DNA from: a virus | Strand: one strand, 5' to 3' | IMG/VR virus record: IMGVR_UViG_3300025093_000012 | Coordinates: 32,001 to 96,000 of that record | Length of the DNA: 64,000 bases | Shown here: positions 1 through 9,500 of the stretch, piece by piece | Layout: every line of letters begins with the position of its first letter | Position numbering within the stretch: the stretch's first letter is position 1 | Notes under the pieces: model-generated | Told to the model about the DNA's origin: nothing | Database searches by the model: none | Seen by the model: the letters and a program-made list of their open reading frames with translations, nothing else | Position numbers and translations under genes: made by a program

Positions 1-24
1 ATTCTTATCCATAGTAAAATAGTA

Positions 25-396
25 TTACTCTCTAGTCCAGTAATGCCACTCTACACTTGTAGCAGCTGTGTCATACTTTAGTCTCATCCCTACACCTGCC
101 TTTATAGGAAGGAATGCAAAGTCATTTGGTTTTAATAAAGCAATATTATTAGGTGTGCCATCATCATCAGTAACAAGAATGTTACCCCCTGTACTAGTAG
201 ACCCTGTGTTTCTAACAAAGACATAAGTATCTTTAGTGTGTGCACGGTCAACAATCTCTTGATCAGTAGTAGTTATAGTAGTTATAGTACCACTCTTAGT
301 AGGATCTGTTACATTCAATGTTGGTGCAACAGTAATACTAAGGATATCAGTATAACTTAAACTTGCTAATTTTAGTGTTGATGTGATTGTTGCCAT
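25..396 (-). CDS. small beta-rich protein, probably virion structural
   Basis: 123-aa Thr-rich, beta-strand-patterned ORF at the end of the late operon; function inferred from context only. Confidence 0.45.
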   Translation of the reverse strand: MATITSTLKLASLSYTDILSITVAPTLNVTDPTKSGTITTITTTDQEIVDRAHTKDTYVFVRNTGSTSTGGNILVTDDDGTPNNIALLKPNDFAFLPIKAGVGMRLKYDTAATSVEWHYWTRE

Positions 397-405
397 AATA
401 TTACT

Positions 406-543
406 TTATCTTCCTTGACCTACATATTTCTTTTTGTAGTTCTTGGATGTTTTTGTTTTACTAGTCTTGGTTTTGGCATGAACTCCTGGTCTTTTCTTTT
501 TAGTGACTACAGTGAATTCATATGCACTTATCTTTCTTGCCAT
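406..543 (-). CDS. 45-aa very basic protein (MARKISAYEFTVVTKKKRPGVHAKTKTSKTKTSKNYKKKYVGQGR), not in the ORF track
   Basis: Translated by hand: ATG at 543, TAA at 406-408; fills the gap between its neighbours in the operon. Confidence 0.75.
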   Translation of the reverse strand: MARKISAYEFTVVTKKKRPGVHAKTKTSKTKTSKNYKKKYVGQGR

Positions 544-546
544 GAA

Positions 547-795
547 TTATCTTTTCTTAGGCTTCATGGATGTACCATACTTAGCCTTTTTCATTTTCTT
601 TGGATCCATTGAAGTTCCATACTTAGCTTTCTTTTTATAAGTAAGCTCTGGATTTGCAGCAGCTAAAGCTTCTAAACCTTTACTAGCTTTTTTCATCATT
701 CTTTTTGCAGCTGGTCCAGCTCCGTAAGCTCCTCCATCTCCATAAGTTACAAGGCCATTTTTACTTTTAAAGCCTCCTTTAATGTGCATTGGCAT
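547..795 (-). CDS. small basic protein with duplicated KKAKYGTSM motif
   Basis: 82-aa Lys/Met-rich ORF with an internal 9-aa repeat; same strand and tight spacing as the operon. Confidence 0.7.
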   Translation of the reverse strand: MPMHIKGGFKSKNGLVTYGDGGAYGAGPAAKRMMKKASKGLEALAAANPELTYKKKAKYGTSMDPKKMKKAKYGTSMKPKKR

Positions 796-820
796 AATTT
801 CTAATTTTTATTATTAATAT

Positions 821-1054
821 TTAAAGTAACCCGTTAGGGCCCATTTCCATTCCATATGGACAACCACATCCCTGTACTTGCCCACCTTCTTTTTTCTTAA
901 AACTTTTTAATGTCTTAGCTAAGTTACATCTACGTTTTGCTTTAGTAGATGGTGGATTTTCACAATACTCAGATATACTCATTCCTTTTGCCTTTGCAGC
1001 AGCAGTTAATGAACCTGGTTTTTTTATTGCATCTTTAATCCAATTCTTAGCCAT
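821..1054 (-). CDS. small basic phage protein (WIKDAIKKPGSL...RCNLAKTL)
   Basis: 77-aa ORF with an MAK start, packed in the operon; carries KKKEGG. Confidence 0.7.
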   Translation of the reverse strand: MAKNWIKDAIKKPGSLTAAAKAKGMSISEYCENPPSTKAKRRCNLAKTLKSFKKKEGGQVQGCGCPYGMEMGPNGLL

Positions 1055-1059
1055 AACTA

Positions 1060-1353
1060 TTACTTTGCGTGTGAACCATCACAATTTCCATCAGGATCTT
1101 GTGTATTACCGCAAGCACACTTCTTTGTCATATACTTATCAAATGCTCCTGACTTAACTACATCAGTAAACAATTTGAATTGTTCTTTAGTAAAAAAAGT
1201 ATACCCTTCTTCATCTCCACCTACAACTACTTTGTCTGATTCAGTTGAGATGTCAATTGCTGGGCATGATTTACAGTTAGCACAAAATGTCATTTGTGAT
1301 CTACCATTAGATACACTAACATTCTTTAATCCGTCAAAATTTTCTAAGTTCAT
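1060..1353 (-). CDS. small Cys-rich protein with C-terminal CDGSH-type Fe-S motif and DUF397-like middle region
   Basis: C-terminal CACGNTQDPDGNCDGSH; N-terminal CANCKSCP; middle VVVGGDEEGYTFFTKEQFKLFTDVVKSGAF. Confidence 0.6.
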   Translation of the reverse strand: MNLENFDGLKNVSVSNGRSQMTFCANCKSCPAIDISTESDKVVVGGDEEGYTFFTKEQFKLFTDVVKSGAFDKYMTKKCACGNTQDPDGNCDGSHAK

Positions 1354-1364
1354 ATTGGTTCTAT

Positions 1365-1556
1365 TTAAATTTCAAATCCTACATTAAAAATTACAAATCT
1401 AAATCTTTTTGAGTCACACGTTTCTCTATCACAACGTACACAAAGATTAAATTCAAATACTGTAACCTTACCAATTCTTAGTAAGAGTTCATATTTAAGT
1501 TTTTTATTTGGAGCTTTCCAGCTGTTAATCCAATTGATTGTAGTGCTCTTTGCCAT
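1365..1556 (-). CDS. hypothetical protein
   Basis: 63-aa ORF directly downstream of a recurring promoter motif (1581-1594). Confidence 0.6.
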   Translation of the reverse strand: MAKSTTINWINSWKAPNKKLKYELLLRIGKVTVFEFNLCVRCDRETCDSKRFRFVIFNVGFEI

Positions 1557-1580
1557 AATTTTTTATTTTATACTTATACT

Positions 1581-1594
1581 ATAATATACAAAAA
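1581..1594 (-). promoter_or_regulatory. recurring phage promoter motif TTTTTGTATATTAT
   Basis: Identical 14-mer also at 3123-3136 and 62415-62428; all copies are intergenic and upstream of minus-strand ATGs. Confidence 0.65.
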
Positions 1595-1604
1595 AACATC
1601 TAGA

Positions 1605-2093
1605 TTACCTCATTCTTCTCTTATCATACCTTCCACCAGGAAGACCACAACTACTTCCACCATGTCTCATAGACATACCTGGACCAGATGTAGTTACAAT
1701 CTCAATAGGACCTCTTCTTCTTTTAGTATTAGAACCACCTTTTCTTTTAGGAGAGTTCATTGGGCCAACTTGTTTCTTAGTTGTCCTTGCACTATTAATC
1801 AGATCCATTTTCTCAATTTGAGTTCTCTGTAATTCATTCTGATCTTTTAACAACATGTTTTGCATTTGCAAATCCTGCATCATCTTTTGTTGCATCATTT
1901 GTTGTTGAGCAGCCATCTGCATTTCAAACTGCATCATATTATTCTGAGCCCCAAGATTTCTTTGGTTTGTCTCCATTCCTTTTCTTGCTCTCATTTGTGG
2001 TCTTCTATATCTCATAATACTATTATCTTGATCCTCTAGATGATCTGGTTGTTCTACTTTTTGATACTGTCTTACCTTTTCTTGTTTGAGCAT
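1605..2093 (-). CDS. basic Gln/Met-rich protein; true start probably MRYRRPQ near 2015
   Basis: ORF overlaps the upstream gene by about 70 nt, so an internal Met is the likelier start; contains KRKGGS and MRHGGS. Confidence 0.55.
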   Translation of the reverse strand: MLKQEKVRQYQKVEQPDHLEDQDNSIMRYRRPQMRARKGMETNQRNLGAQNNMMQFEMQMAAQQQMMQQKMMQDLQMQNMLLKDQNELQRTQIEKMDLINSARTTKKQVGPMNSPKRKGGSNTKRRRGPIEIVTTSGPGMSMRHGGSSCGLPGGRYDKRRMR

Positions 2094-2772
2094 TCATGAA
2101 CTTTGCCATCTCACGTTTATATTGAGTTTTTCTTTGCGTGTTAGTTCTCTGAGCACTATCAAACTGAGACTTAGCTATGTTATAGTTTGGTAAGGTTCTA
2201 TCATTAAAATCTCTTAAATTAGTTTGATAAGCTTGGTAATCTTGCTGATACCGTGGTAAAACTTTACTAGTATAACGGGTATATTCTGCTACCTGTGCTG
2301 AAACTGTTTTATCTTTTGAATTAGTAATCTCACTTATTGCCTCCTTAGTTGCTTTTGCTTCTTTTTCTAAACTTGCTTGTTCTTCTTTATTTTTAGTAGC
2401 CTTAAGTTTTGTTTCTATCTCAGCTAATCTATCTTGATACGTTGTTGTGGGTTTACTCTTTGGTATAGTATATGGATTAGTTGGAGCTTTAGGTTGCTCA
2501 GGTGCTTTAGGAGCAGTAGGAGCTTTACCAGGATCACTTACTTGTAACAATAATTTTTGTACAGGTTTAGTACCTTGATCTGACTTTTTTGTAGCTCTAC
2601 CTCTTACCTTTGCAGAAGACTCTGGATACTCTACAGTTCTCTGAACTGGAAGAATACTATTAAGTTGTGTACCTGATACAGATAAAGACTTTAATGCTTG
2701 ATTAAGTCTAGTACTGTGGGACATAGCTTGTCCCTTGGTCATTTTCTTTTTTGAATTTGCTTTTTTAGCCAT
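2023..2772 (-). CDS. basic coiled-coil protein with PKAP repeats
   Basis: 249 aa; Lys/Arg-rich ends; PGKAPTAPKAPEQPKAP. Confidence 0.65.
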   Translation of the reverse strand: MAKKANSKKKMTKGQAMSHSTRLNQALKSLSVSGTQLNSILPVQRTVEYPESSAKVRGRATKKSDQGTKPVQKLLLQVSDPGKAPTAPKAPEQPKAPTNPYTIPKSKPTTTYQDRLAEIETKLKATKNKEEQASLEKEAKATKEAISEITNSKDKTVSAQVAEYTRYTSKVLPRYQQDYQAYQTNLRDFNDRTLPNYNIAKSQFDSAQRTNTQRKTQYKREMAKFMNAQTRKGKTVSKSRTTRSSRGSR

Positions 2773-2774
2773 AG

Positions 2775-3074
2775 TTATAATTTTTTAAGACGCTCATTCT
2801 CTGCTTCAAGAAACTTAACTTTCTCTCTTAGAGTTGCAACTTGTTCTGTTAAAGTAATGATACATATACGTAGATCATCCTTTTCTTTAGAAGACTCAGA
2901 CAAAAGAATTTCTAACCTATGTACTCTTTTCTTTAGGTCTTCTTTGTATTCTCCTTGTAAATCCATACTTTTGCTTTTCAGTGCTAGTTTGGATTTGTAA
3001 AACTTGAATGCCTCATTGCTCCCTAAAACTGTTAGGGCAGTAACAATGATCGTTCCAATGATATTCCAATCCAT
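2775..3074 (-). CDS. membrane-anchored coiled-coil protein (holin/spanin-like candidate)
   Basis: N-terminal hydrophobic helix IIGTIIVTALTVLG followed by a heptad coiled coil. Confidence 0.5.
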   Translation of the reverse strand: MDWNIIGTIIVTALTVLGSNEAFKFYKSKLALKSKSMDLQGEYKEDLKKRVHRLEILLSESSKEKDDLRICIITLTEQVATLREKVKFLEAENERLKKL

Positions 3075-3122
3075 TTTTATAAATATATAATATGATAGTA
3101 CCTATCTAAAGGAGGTACACAT

Positions 3123-3136
3123 ATAATATACAAAAA
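3123..3136 (-). promoter_or_regulatory. recurring phage promoter motif TTTTTGTATATTAT
   Basis: Exact copy of the motif; restarts minus-strand transcription after the RNR island. Confidence 0.65.
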
Positions 3137-3158
3137 TTAAATATAAAACAGAAATAAA

Positions 3159-3341
3159 ATGAAATTAAAAAGACATCAATTTTTTGTAGAGTTTCTACCT
3201 AAGACATGCTTATTAGGCTTGTCTATTTCACAACATGAAACCAAGATAGCGGAAGATGATTCTGAGTGGCATCCTGCCTTCAGTATTGAACTTGGTTTAG
3301 CATTTATTAAATTTTCCTATATAAACATTTCTATATCATAA
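3159..3341 (+). CDS. hypothetical protein
   Basis: 60-aa ORF with an A-rich leader; first gene of the plus-strand island; followed by a terminator-like hairpin. Confidence 0.5.
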   Translation: MKLKRHQFFVEFLPKTCLLGLSISQHETKIAEDDSEWHPAFSIELGLAFIKFSYINISIS

Positions 3342-3362
3342 TTAAAAGTGGTATATTATTAC

Positions 3363-3390
3363 TACCTCCAAATCTTGGGGGTATTTTTTT
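3363..3390 (+). terminator. intrinsic terminator-like hairpin upstream of nrdJ
   Basis: TACCTCCAA-ATC-TTGGGGGTA, a 9-bp stem with one G:U, followed by T7. Confidence 0.6.
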
Positions 3391-3421
3391 CTTTATTGTT
3401 TAACATTTAAAATAACTTGAC

Positions 3422-5281
3422 ATGAATTTAAATAACCAAATTCTGAGTGACATCACTGTCCATATGAAGTATGCCAAGTATCTTCCTGAATTTAAAAGAA
3501 GGGAGACTTGGGATGAGCTTGTTACTAGAAACAAAGCAATGCACATTAAAAAATTTCCTACTCTCAAAGAAGAGATAGATGAAGTATACAAACTTGTATA
3601 TGATAAAAAGATTTTACCATCAATGAGATCAATGCAATTTGGTGGCAAACCAATTGAAATTAGTCCTAATAGAATATACAACTGTGCTTATCTACCTATA
3701 GACAGTCTTTACTCATTCAGTGAAACTATGTTTCTACTCTTGGGTGGGACAGGTGTTGGTTATTCTGTACAGAAGCATCATGTAGAAAAGCTTCCTCCTA
3801 TCAATAAACCTTATAAGAAGAGAACAAAAAGATATGTGATTAGTGACTCTATAGAAGGTTGGGCTGACGCAGTAAAAGTTCTAATGAAGTCCTATCTAAA
3901 TGGTAGATCATCTAAGATTGTATTTGACTTTTCAGATATTAGACCCAAAGGTGCTAGACTTGTAACATCAGGTGGTAAAGCTCCTGGGCCTCAGCCACTT
4001 AAAGAATGTCTATTTAAAATAGAAGGCATTTTAAACAGTAAAGAAGATGGAGACAAACTTTCTACTTTAGAAGTACATGATATTGTATGCTACATTGCTG
4101 ATGCTGTCTTAGCTGGTGGTATCAGACGTGCTGCATTAATTAGTTTATTTAGTGCGGATGATAGTGAAATGATTTCTTGTAAGTCTGGATCATGGTGGGA
4201 ACTAAACCCACAACGTGGCCGTGCTAATAACTCTGCAGTATTAATGAGACACAAAATCACCAAAGAGTTCTTTATGGACCTATGGAAACGTGTTGAGTTA
4301 TCTGGAGCTGGTGAGCCTGGTATTTATCTTAACAATGATAAAGACTGGGGAACTAATCCATGTTGTGAGATTGCACTACGTCCATTCCAATTCTGTAACT
4401 TGTGTGAAGTAAATGTATCAACCATTGAATCACAAGAGGATCTTAATGAAAGAGTTAAGGCCGCTGCATTCATTGGTACATTACAAGCTGGTTACACTGA
4501 CTTCCACTATCTCAGACCTATTTGGCAAGAGACTACTGAAAAAGATGCTTTGATCGGTATCTCCATGACAGGTATTGGATCAGGCAGAATCTTAGGTTAT
4601 GATATGACCCAGGCTGCTGAGATTGTAAAGAAAGAAAATACAAGAGTAGCTAAAGCTATTGGTATCAATAAGTCAGCAAGATGCACCACTGTAAAACCTG
4701 CTGGTACAACTTCATTAACTTTAGGTACGTCATCTGGTATTCATGCTTGGCATAATGATTATTATGTAAGAAGAATCCGTGTAGGTAAAAATGAATCTAT
4801 CTATACTTATCTGGTAAATAATCACCCAGAGTTAGTTGAAGATTGTGTATTCCGCAGTCATGACACTGCTGTAATCAGTATTCCACAGTCAGCTCCTGAA
4901 GGATCTATACTTAGAACAGAGTCTCCTTTTGCACTTCTTGAAAGAATTAAAAAGGTTGCAACTGAATGGGTTAAACCAGGTCATAGATCTGGAAGTAATA
5001 CTCACAATGTCTCTGCTACTGTAAGTCTTAAAAAGGAAGATTGGGAGATGGCAGGCCAATGGATGTGGGAGAATAGGGATCATTATAATGGATTGTCTGT
5101 ATTGCCTTATGATGGTGGTACGTATACTCAAGCTCCATTTGAAGACATCTCAAAAAGAAAGTTCAATGAGATGGTTAAGTCTTTAATGGATGTTGATCTT
5201 ACAAAGATAGTTGAAGATGATGATAATACAAATCTCTCAGGTGAATTAGCATGTGCTGGTGGATCTTGTGAAGTTAAGTAA
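3422..5281 (+). CDS. nrdJ: class II (adenosylcobalamin-dependent) ribonucleotide reductase, monomeric RTPR type
   Basis: YAKY/RRETW N-terminus, PSMR, YNC, GTGVG, GGIRRAA, TNPCCEI thiyl-radical motif, TTVKPAGT, C-terminal CAGGSC redox pair; no ATP cone; no beta-subunit gene nearby. Confidence 0.93.
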   Translation: MNLNNQILSDITVHMKYAKYLPEFKRRETWDELVTRNKAMHIKKFPTLKEEIDEVYKLVYDKKILPSMRSMQFGGKPIEISPNRIYNCAYLPIDSLYSFSETMFLLLGGTGVGYSVQKHHVEKLPPINKPYKKRTKRYVISDSIEGWADAVKVLMKSYLNGRSSKIVFDFSDIRPKGARLVTSGGKAPGPQPLKECLFKIEGILNSKEDGDKLSTLEVHDIVCYIADAVLAGGIRRAALISLFSADDSEMISCKSGSWWELNPQRGRANNSAVLMRHKITKEFFMDLWKRVELSGAGEPGIYLNNDKDWGTNPCCEIALRPFQFCNLCEVNVSTIESQEDLNERVKAAAFIGTLQAGYTDFHYLRPIWQETTEKDALIGISMTGIGSGRILGYDMTQAAEIVKKENTRVAKAIGINKSARCTTVKPAGTTSLTLGTSSGIHAWHNDYYVRRIRVGKNESIYTYLVNNHPELVEDCVFRSHDTAVISIPQSAPEGSILRTESPFALLERIKKVATEWVKPGHRSGSNTHNVSATVSLKKEDWEMAGQWMWENRDHYNGLSVLPYDGGTYTQAPFEDISKRKFNEMVKSLMDVDLTKIVEDDDNTNLSGELACAGGSCEVK

Positions 5282-5283
5282 TC

Positions 5284-5466
5284 ATGAGTAAGAAGAAGGA
5301 TTGGATACATGATTTATATGTTAGAGAATTTCTCAAACCTAAACATCACCCTGACCACTTTTATTGGGAGAATGGGAAGATGGTTATGACAGAGAAGTAT
5401 CATCTTGCCAGGGGCAAGTGTTGTGGCAGTGGCTGCAAGCACTGTCCTTGGAGAAAGAAGAATTAG
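5284..5466 (+). CDS. small Cys-rich protein (DUF5522-like)
   Basis: YWENGKMVMTEKYHLARGKCCGSGCKHCPW; starts 2 nt after the nrdJ stop. Confidence 0.7.
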   Translation: MSKKKDWIHDLYVREFLKPKHHPDHFYWENGKMVMTEKYHLARGKCCGSGCKHCPWRKKN

Positions 5467-5633
5467 TCTGCAGTGTATAAGGGTTTAACCTTTGCTGTAA
5501 TTAATTCATCTTCCGTACCAATCACGTAATAGATACCTTCTATTATAAATAAATCTAGGGGAGTATGATGTTCTTTTTTAAGTCTGTCATACTCCTCTTT
5601 TTTTACTATCACTACTGTTTTCTCAATTGCCAT
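5463..5633 (-). CDS. 56-aa hypothetical protein (MAIEKTVVIVKKEEYDRLKK...KPLYTAD), not in the ORF track
   Basis: Translated by hand; starts 1 nt after the upstream stop; its TAA overlaps the TAG of the convergent gene. Confidence 0.65.
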   Translation of the reverse strand: MAIEKTVVIVKKEEYDRLKKEHHTPLDLFIIEGIYYVIGTEDELITAKVKPLYTAD

Positions 5634-5634
5634 T

Positions 5635-6420
5635 TTACCATTGTAAAAATTTAGGTGTGTACTGAATCCCTACACCAACGTAGTTTCTAAACTGTCCAGT
5701 GGTTGTCATTCCCACACCCATTTGTATTCCTAATCCTATTGTCTTGCGTGAGTTTCTTTGAAACTTTTTAAGGCCCTCATCATCTTGGACAAGGATTCCT
5801 GATGCATTATTAAATGATACACCAGGGTAATCCGTCTTCAGATTGATGAACACCTCTTTGGTTTTTCTGTCTTGTAAGAGTGTTGACTCAAGCCAAATAT
5901 TTTGTCTTAAAGTAAGGTTTGCTTTGCCTCCATAGAGTAGACTATCATGGACAAATATGGGCATATTAAAGTCAACTATCCTGTAGCTCTGTCCAAATGT
6001 AGTTGTATCGTTATATTTCACAACGTGTTGTTGGCCATCAGGATTCTCTGCTATAAACAGTGTGTCAAACACTTGTTCAATCACAGGTGTGAATACAATG
6101 CTGTCTCGTATTTCAGTCTTGTATTTCACTATTGTTATTGGTGGTTTGTTTTTTTCAAACTCTACCTCATCACCTAGTTCATCTATGGTTAAGTTTAGTC
6201 CTCGTATCTCACCGTTGAGCAAACCGTTCTCATCTATGTAGTGTTCTAATGTGTCCGTAAGAGCTGTATTATTGTTTGTTATTCGTGTAACTTCATCCTT
6301 AGCTTTCTGTGTTGACTCACACTGGCGTAAAAAGAGCATTATTAATACTGCTATTATTACCAGCATGATAACCTTAGAGTTATCAGAAATTATCTTTATT
6401 ATATCTACAATACTTTTCAT
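5635..6420 (-). CDS. putative spanin-like lysis protein
   Basis: N-terminal TM helix ending LRQC, then a coiled coil, then a C-terminal Gly-alternating beta hairpin ending in W. Confidence 0.5.
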   Translation of the reverse strand: MKSIVDIIKIISDNSKVIMLVIIAVLIMLFLRQCESTQKAKDEVTRITNNNTALTDTLEHYIDENGLLNGEIRGLNLTIDELGDEVEFEKNKPPITIVKYKTEIRDSIVFTPVIEQVFDTLFIAENPDGQQHVVKYNDTTTFGQSYRIVDFNMPIFVHDSLLYGGKANLTLRQNIWLESTLLQDRKTKEVFINLKTDYPGVSFNNASGILVQDDEGLKKFQRNSRKTIGLGIQMGVGMTTTGQFRNYVGVGIQYTPKFLQW

Positions 6421-6421
6421 A

Positions 6422-6526
6422 CTAACATTTAATCTTTCTGCACAATTCTTCTATAGTGAACACCCATTCTGAATATGGTCTGTTTCTATTGTACTGTTCT
6501 ATTCTCCACTTATCTGATCTACTCAT
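6422..6526 (-). CDS. 34-aa hypothetical protein (MSRSDKWRIEQYNRNRPYSEWVFTIEELCRKIKC), not in the ORF track
   Basis: ATG overlaps the upstream stop as TAATG; TAG lies 1 nt before the next ATG. Confidence 0.6.
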   Translation of the reverse strand: MSRSDKWRIEQYNRNRPYSEWVFTIEELCRKIKC

Positions 6527-9500
6527 TACTTAACAAAGAAATCATTGACTGTATCATATGCTTGCCATCTGTTGTACATATAAATCAATGGTAATACATC
6601 ACCCCACTCTTTTAAAATCTTTGGTTGACCCTTACGGCCAGTTCTTTGATAATAAACTCTAGTGTCTTTTGTAATATCATAATCTTCTTCAAACAGACCA
6701 TAGTATCCCATGTTTGCTAGTCCAAACTTACCAGTTGCTTGAATAGCACCAGCCAACTCACCTAATGATCTCATGATTGGAATAGGAGACTTAGCCATCA
6801 TATACTGTTCACTTGCACCAGCAACTGGGAAGAAGAACATAAATTCTCTAGCTTGTCTATTAAACTGATAAACTAAAGCATTCTCTAATCTTGTTCTTGA
6901 TTGTGTATCATCGTCATCATCATCTTCAAATAGATTTGCTAATATCATTGCCATAGCAAAACTTGACATTGCAATACCAAAGTCTGCAAGAGATCTATAG
7001 AAGTTTTTGATTTTATTATCAGTCTTTTCTTTACCTTCTTGGAACTCCAGCTCTCTGTAAGCTTTACCTATCTGTCCTTTTGCTTTAATAATGTAAGCCA
7101 TCACATTTACAAAAGACTTGTATCTTCCTTCTACCCAACCAAGATTTTCATTGTAGTATTCTTTTCTAAATCTTGCATCTAAACCTGGCACAACCCACTT
7201 ATGGAACTGTGCTACCAGCATACCCAAAGTATGGTCTTGAATAACCATTCTATCAGCATATGCATAGTTACCATGAATCTGTTTGTTGACCTCACGGATC
7301 TGGTTTCTTACATCATATCTAGTATTCTCATCTAATAAACTTTGTGTAATTAGATTACCGTCACTATCAGTTCTTCTTTCATTAAACCTTATAAGCTCAG
7401 TGAATCCTTCTTTTAGAGTCACTTTACCAGTTTGACTATTATACTGTAGTGCATCATAGTATGACATCTCTTCTCCTGTTTCAGGATTTCTAACTGTAGT
7501 AGACATCATTATTGCCACACCAACTTTTGTCTGAACATTATATTCTGCAGAGTCCTGGAACATATAGGCTGCAGAGAATGCTTTTTCTCTAAGACCTTTC
7601 TGACCTTCTGATGATTGCTCACGTATATCTGCTTTAGCATCCATCATTCTCATGTAATCAGCTACAGCTTCATATTTACTAGCAGGTTTGTACAGCTTAT
7701 ATCCATCACCACCAATAATAGGTGACCAAGTTGATTCATCACCTAGCTTTCTCATCATTAGAGGTATAGATTTATTATACTCTATTACAGCTCTACCATA
7801 AGCTTTTGGATCAAAGTATCTACCACCAGCAACCTCAACCATGTTGTTAAGTCTACCCATAGCATAGTTATTGATGTTACCAAACCAGTTTAGACCCACA
7901 TATGTTAAAGAAGTATATGAAACTAAACCTCTAGCAACTTTCTCCATGAATCCTCTAGTCTTCTTATTGTTATCAAAATAGACCATGTTAACCCACTTCT
8001 TAGCTCTCTTTACAATATTAGATTCATAGTCAGCCCCTATCTCAGTAATCTGACCTTTACCTATTGCAGTTTTAGTTGCATCAACAACACTTGCAAAGCC
8101 TGATGGAGTATACTTTCTTTTCTCCATTGTTTTAATGATAGCTGTGACAGTGTTTTTAATCTCTCCCATTGTCTCATAGTTCTGAGCCATTCCATTAAAG
8201 AGCAGAAGATTCTTACCCATATCAAGACTAAGTTCATTCTTAGAAGGTGCAGCTTGGATAGAGTTTCTTTCACTCTCTAAAAGATTTAACTCCTCTTTAT
8301 ACTGACCAACCTTAATCTTTTTATTTTCAAAGTCTTGCTTTAGTGCATTGATCTTATCATTAATAAACTCTAGTCTCTTTTCATCTCTGGTATTTCCTAC
8401 ATAAAAAATAGGAAGAGTGTCTTCAATAAAGTTACCCTGCTCATCAGTTATAACTTTTTCTACTCTAGTAGTTGTACTTATAAGATTTTTAAAACCTCTG
8501 TTTGCTTTAGCTGTAAGTTTACCAATAAGACCGCCCTCTCTTCTAATCTCATCAACAAAGTTTTCTCTGATGATTAAAGAGTTACCAAGCATTTTAGATT
8601 GTACAGATGAAGGTAGTTTCTTCAATAGATCATCTTCAAATAATCTTATGTACATTAAATAGAACTCCTTTTGAGCTAATGCTAGTGAGTCATTAGCATT
8701 AGGATTCATTAGTTGCTGATACTTATCACTAACCATGACTGTACCATTTCTAGCTATATCTCTAACCTCAACAAACTCAGACTTAACAAAACCTATTCCT
8801 CCACCATCATAACCACTGTCCATTCTTTTTACAACACCAGTAGGAGATCCATCTGCATTTTTAGCAATATAGTTTGATGGTTCTACTCTATGATACTTAT
8901 CTAAGAATTCTCTCTTCTGTCTTGCTGATGCACTTCTTTTAAACTTCCAACGTCCAGATTCTTTATTTGCAAATAATGAGAAGTACATAAGTTTCTCTCT
9001 TGCATCTTTATATTCTTTAGTATATCTGTGGAAGTCTCCATCTTCTGGTTGACCATCAATAACTCTTTCACCTCTCATAAAATCACTATATGCTTTTCTT
9101 TTCTCATATAGTTTTCTATTAAAAGCTAGCTCTTCATCAGTGTAATCTTCTAAATTATCTTTATAGATATACTGCTGTCTAAATATAGACTCACCTTGCT
9201 CATCGTATCTAAGTGATGTCCACTGTGCATTATACTGTGGTCCAATTTTCTTTACATAAGTTCCTAAGAAGTTGCCATCCTCATCAAAGTTCAACATGAA
9301 ACTATAATCTACTTTACCACCTGGTGAAAGCTTTGCAAGTTTACCTGCTCTGTTTCTAATTTCATCTGCTCTTTCTTCCGCTAAATCTAAAGTCTTTTGT
9401 ACTTGTCTTTTATAAAGTTTATCTAACAATTGAGATAATGGATCTGGACTTGTTGCCAAATCACTAACTCCCATTCTCAATGTACTTATATCTGACATAG

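Noticed and set aside
415-612. Plus-strand 65-aa hydrophobic ORF
   Set aside because: It is antisense to two Lys-rich minus-strand genes (406-543, 547-795); the hydrophobicity simply mirrors their AAA codons.
3098-3118. Inverted repeat GTACCT-N9-AGGTAC
   Set aside because: Only a 6-bp stem, single occurrence, and no U-tract; not enough to call an operator or terminator.
3342-3421. Cobalamin riboswitch upstream of nrdJ
   Set aside because: Only 80 nt are available and no B12-box is visible; there is just a simple hairpin.
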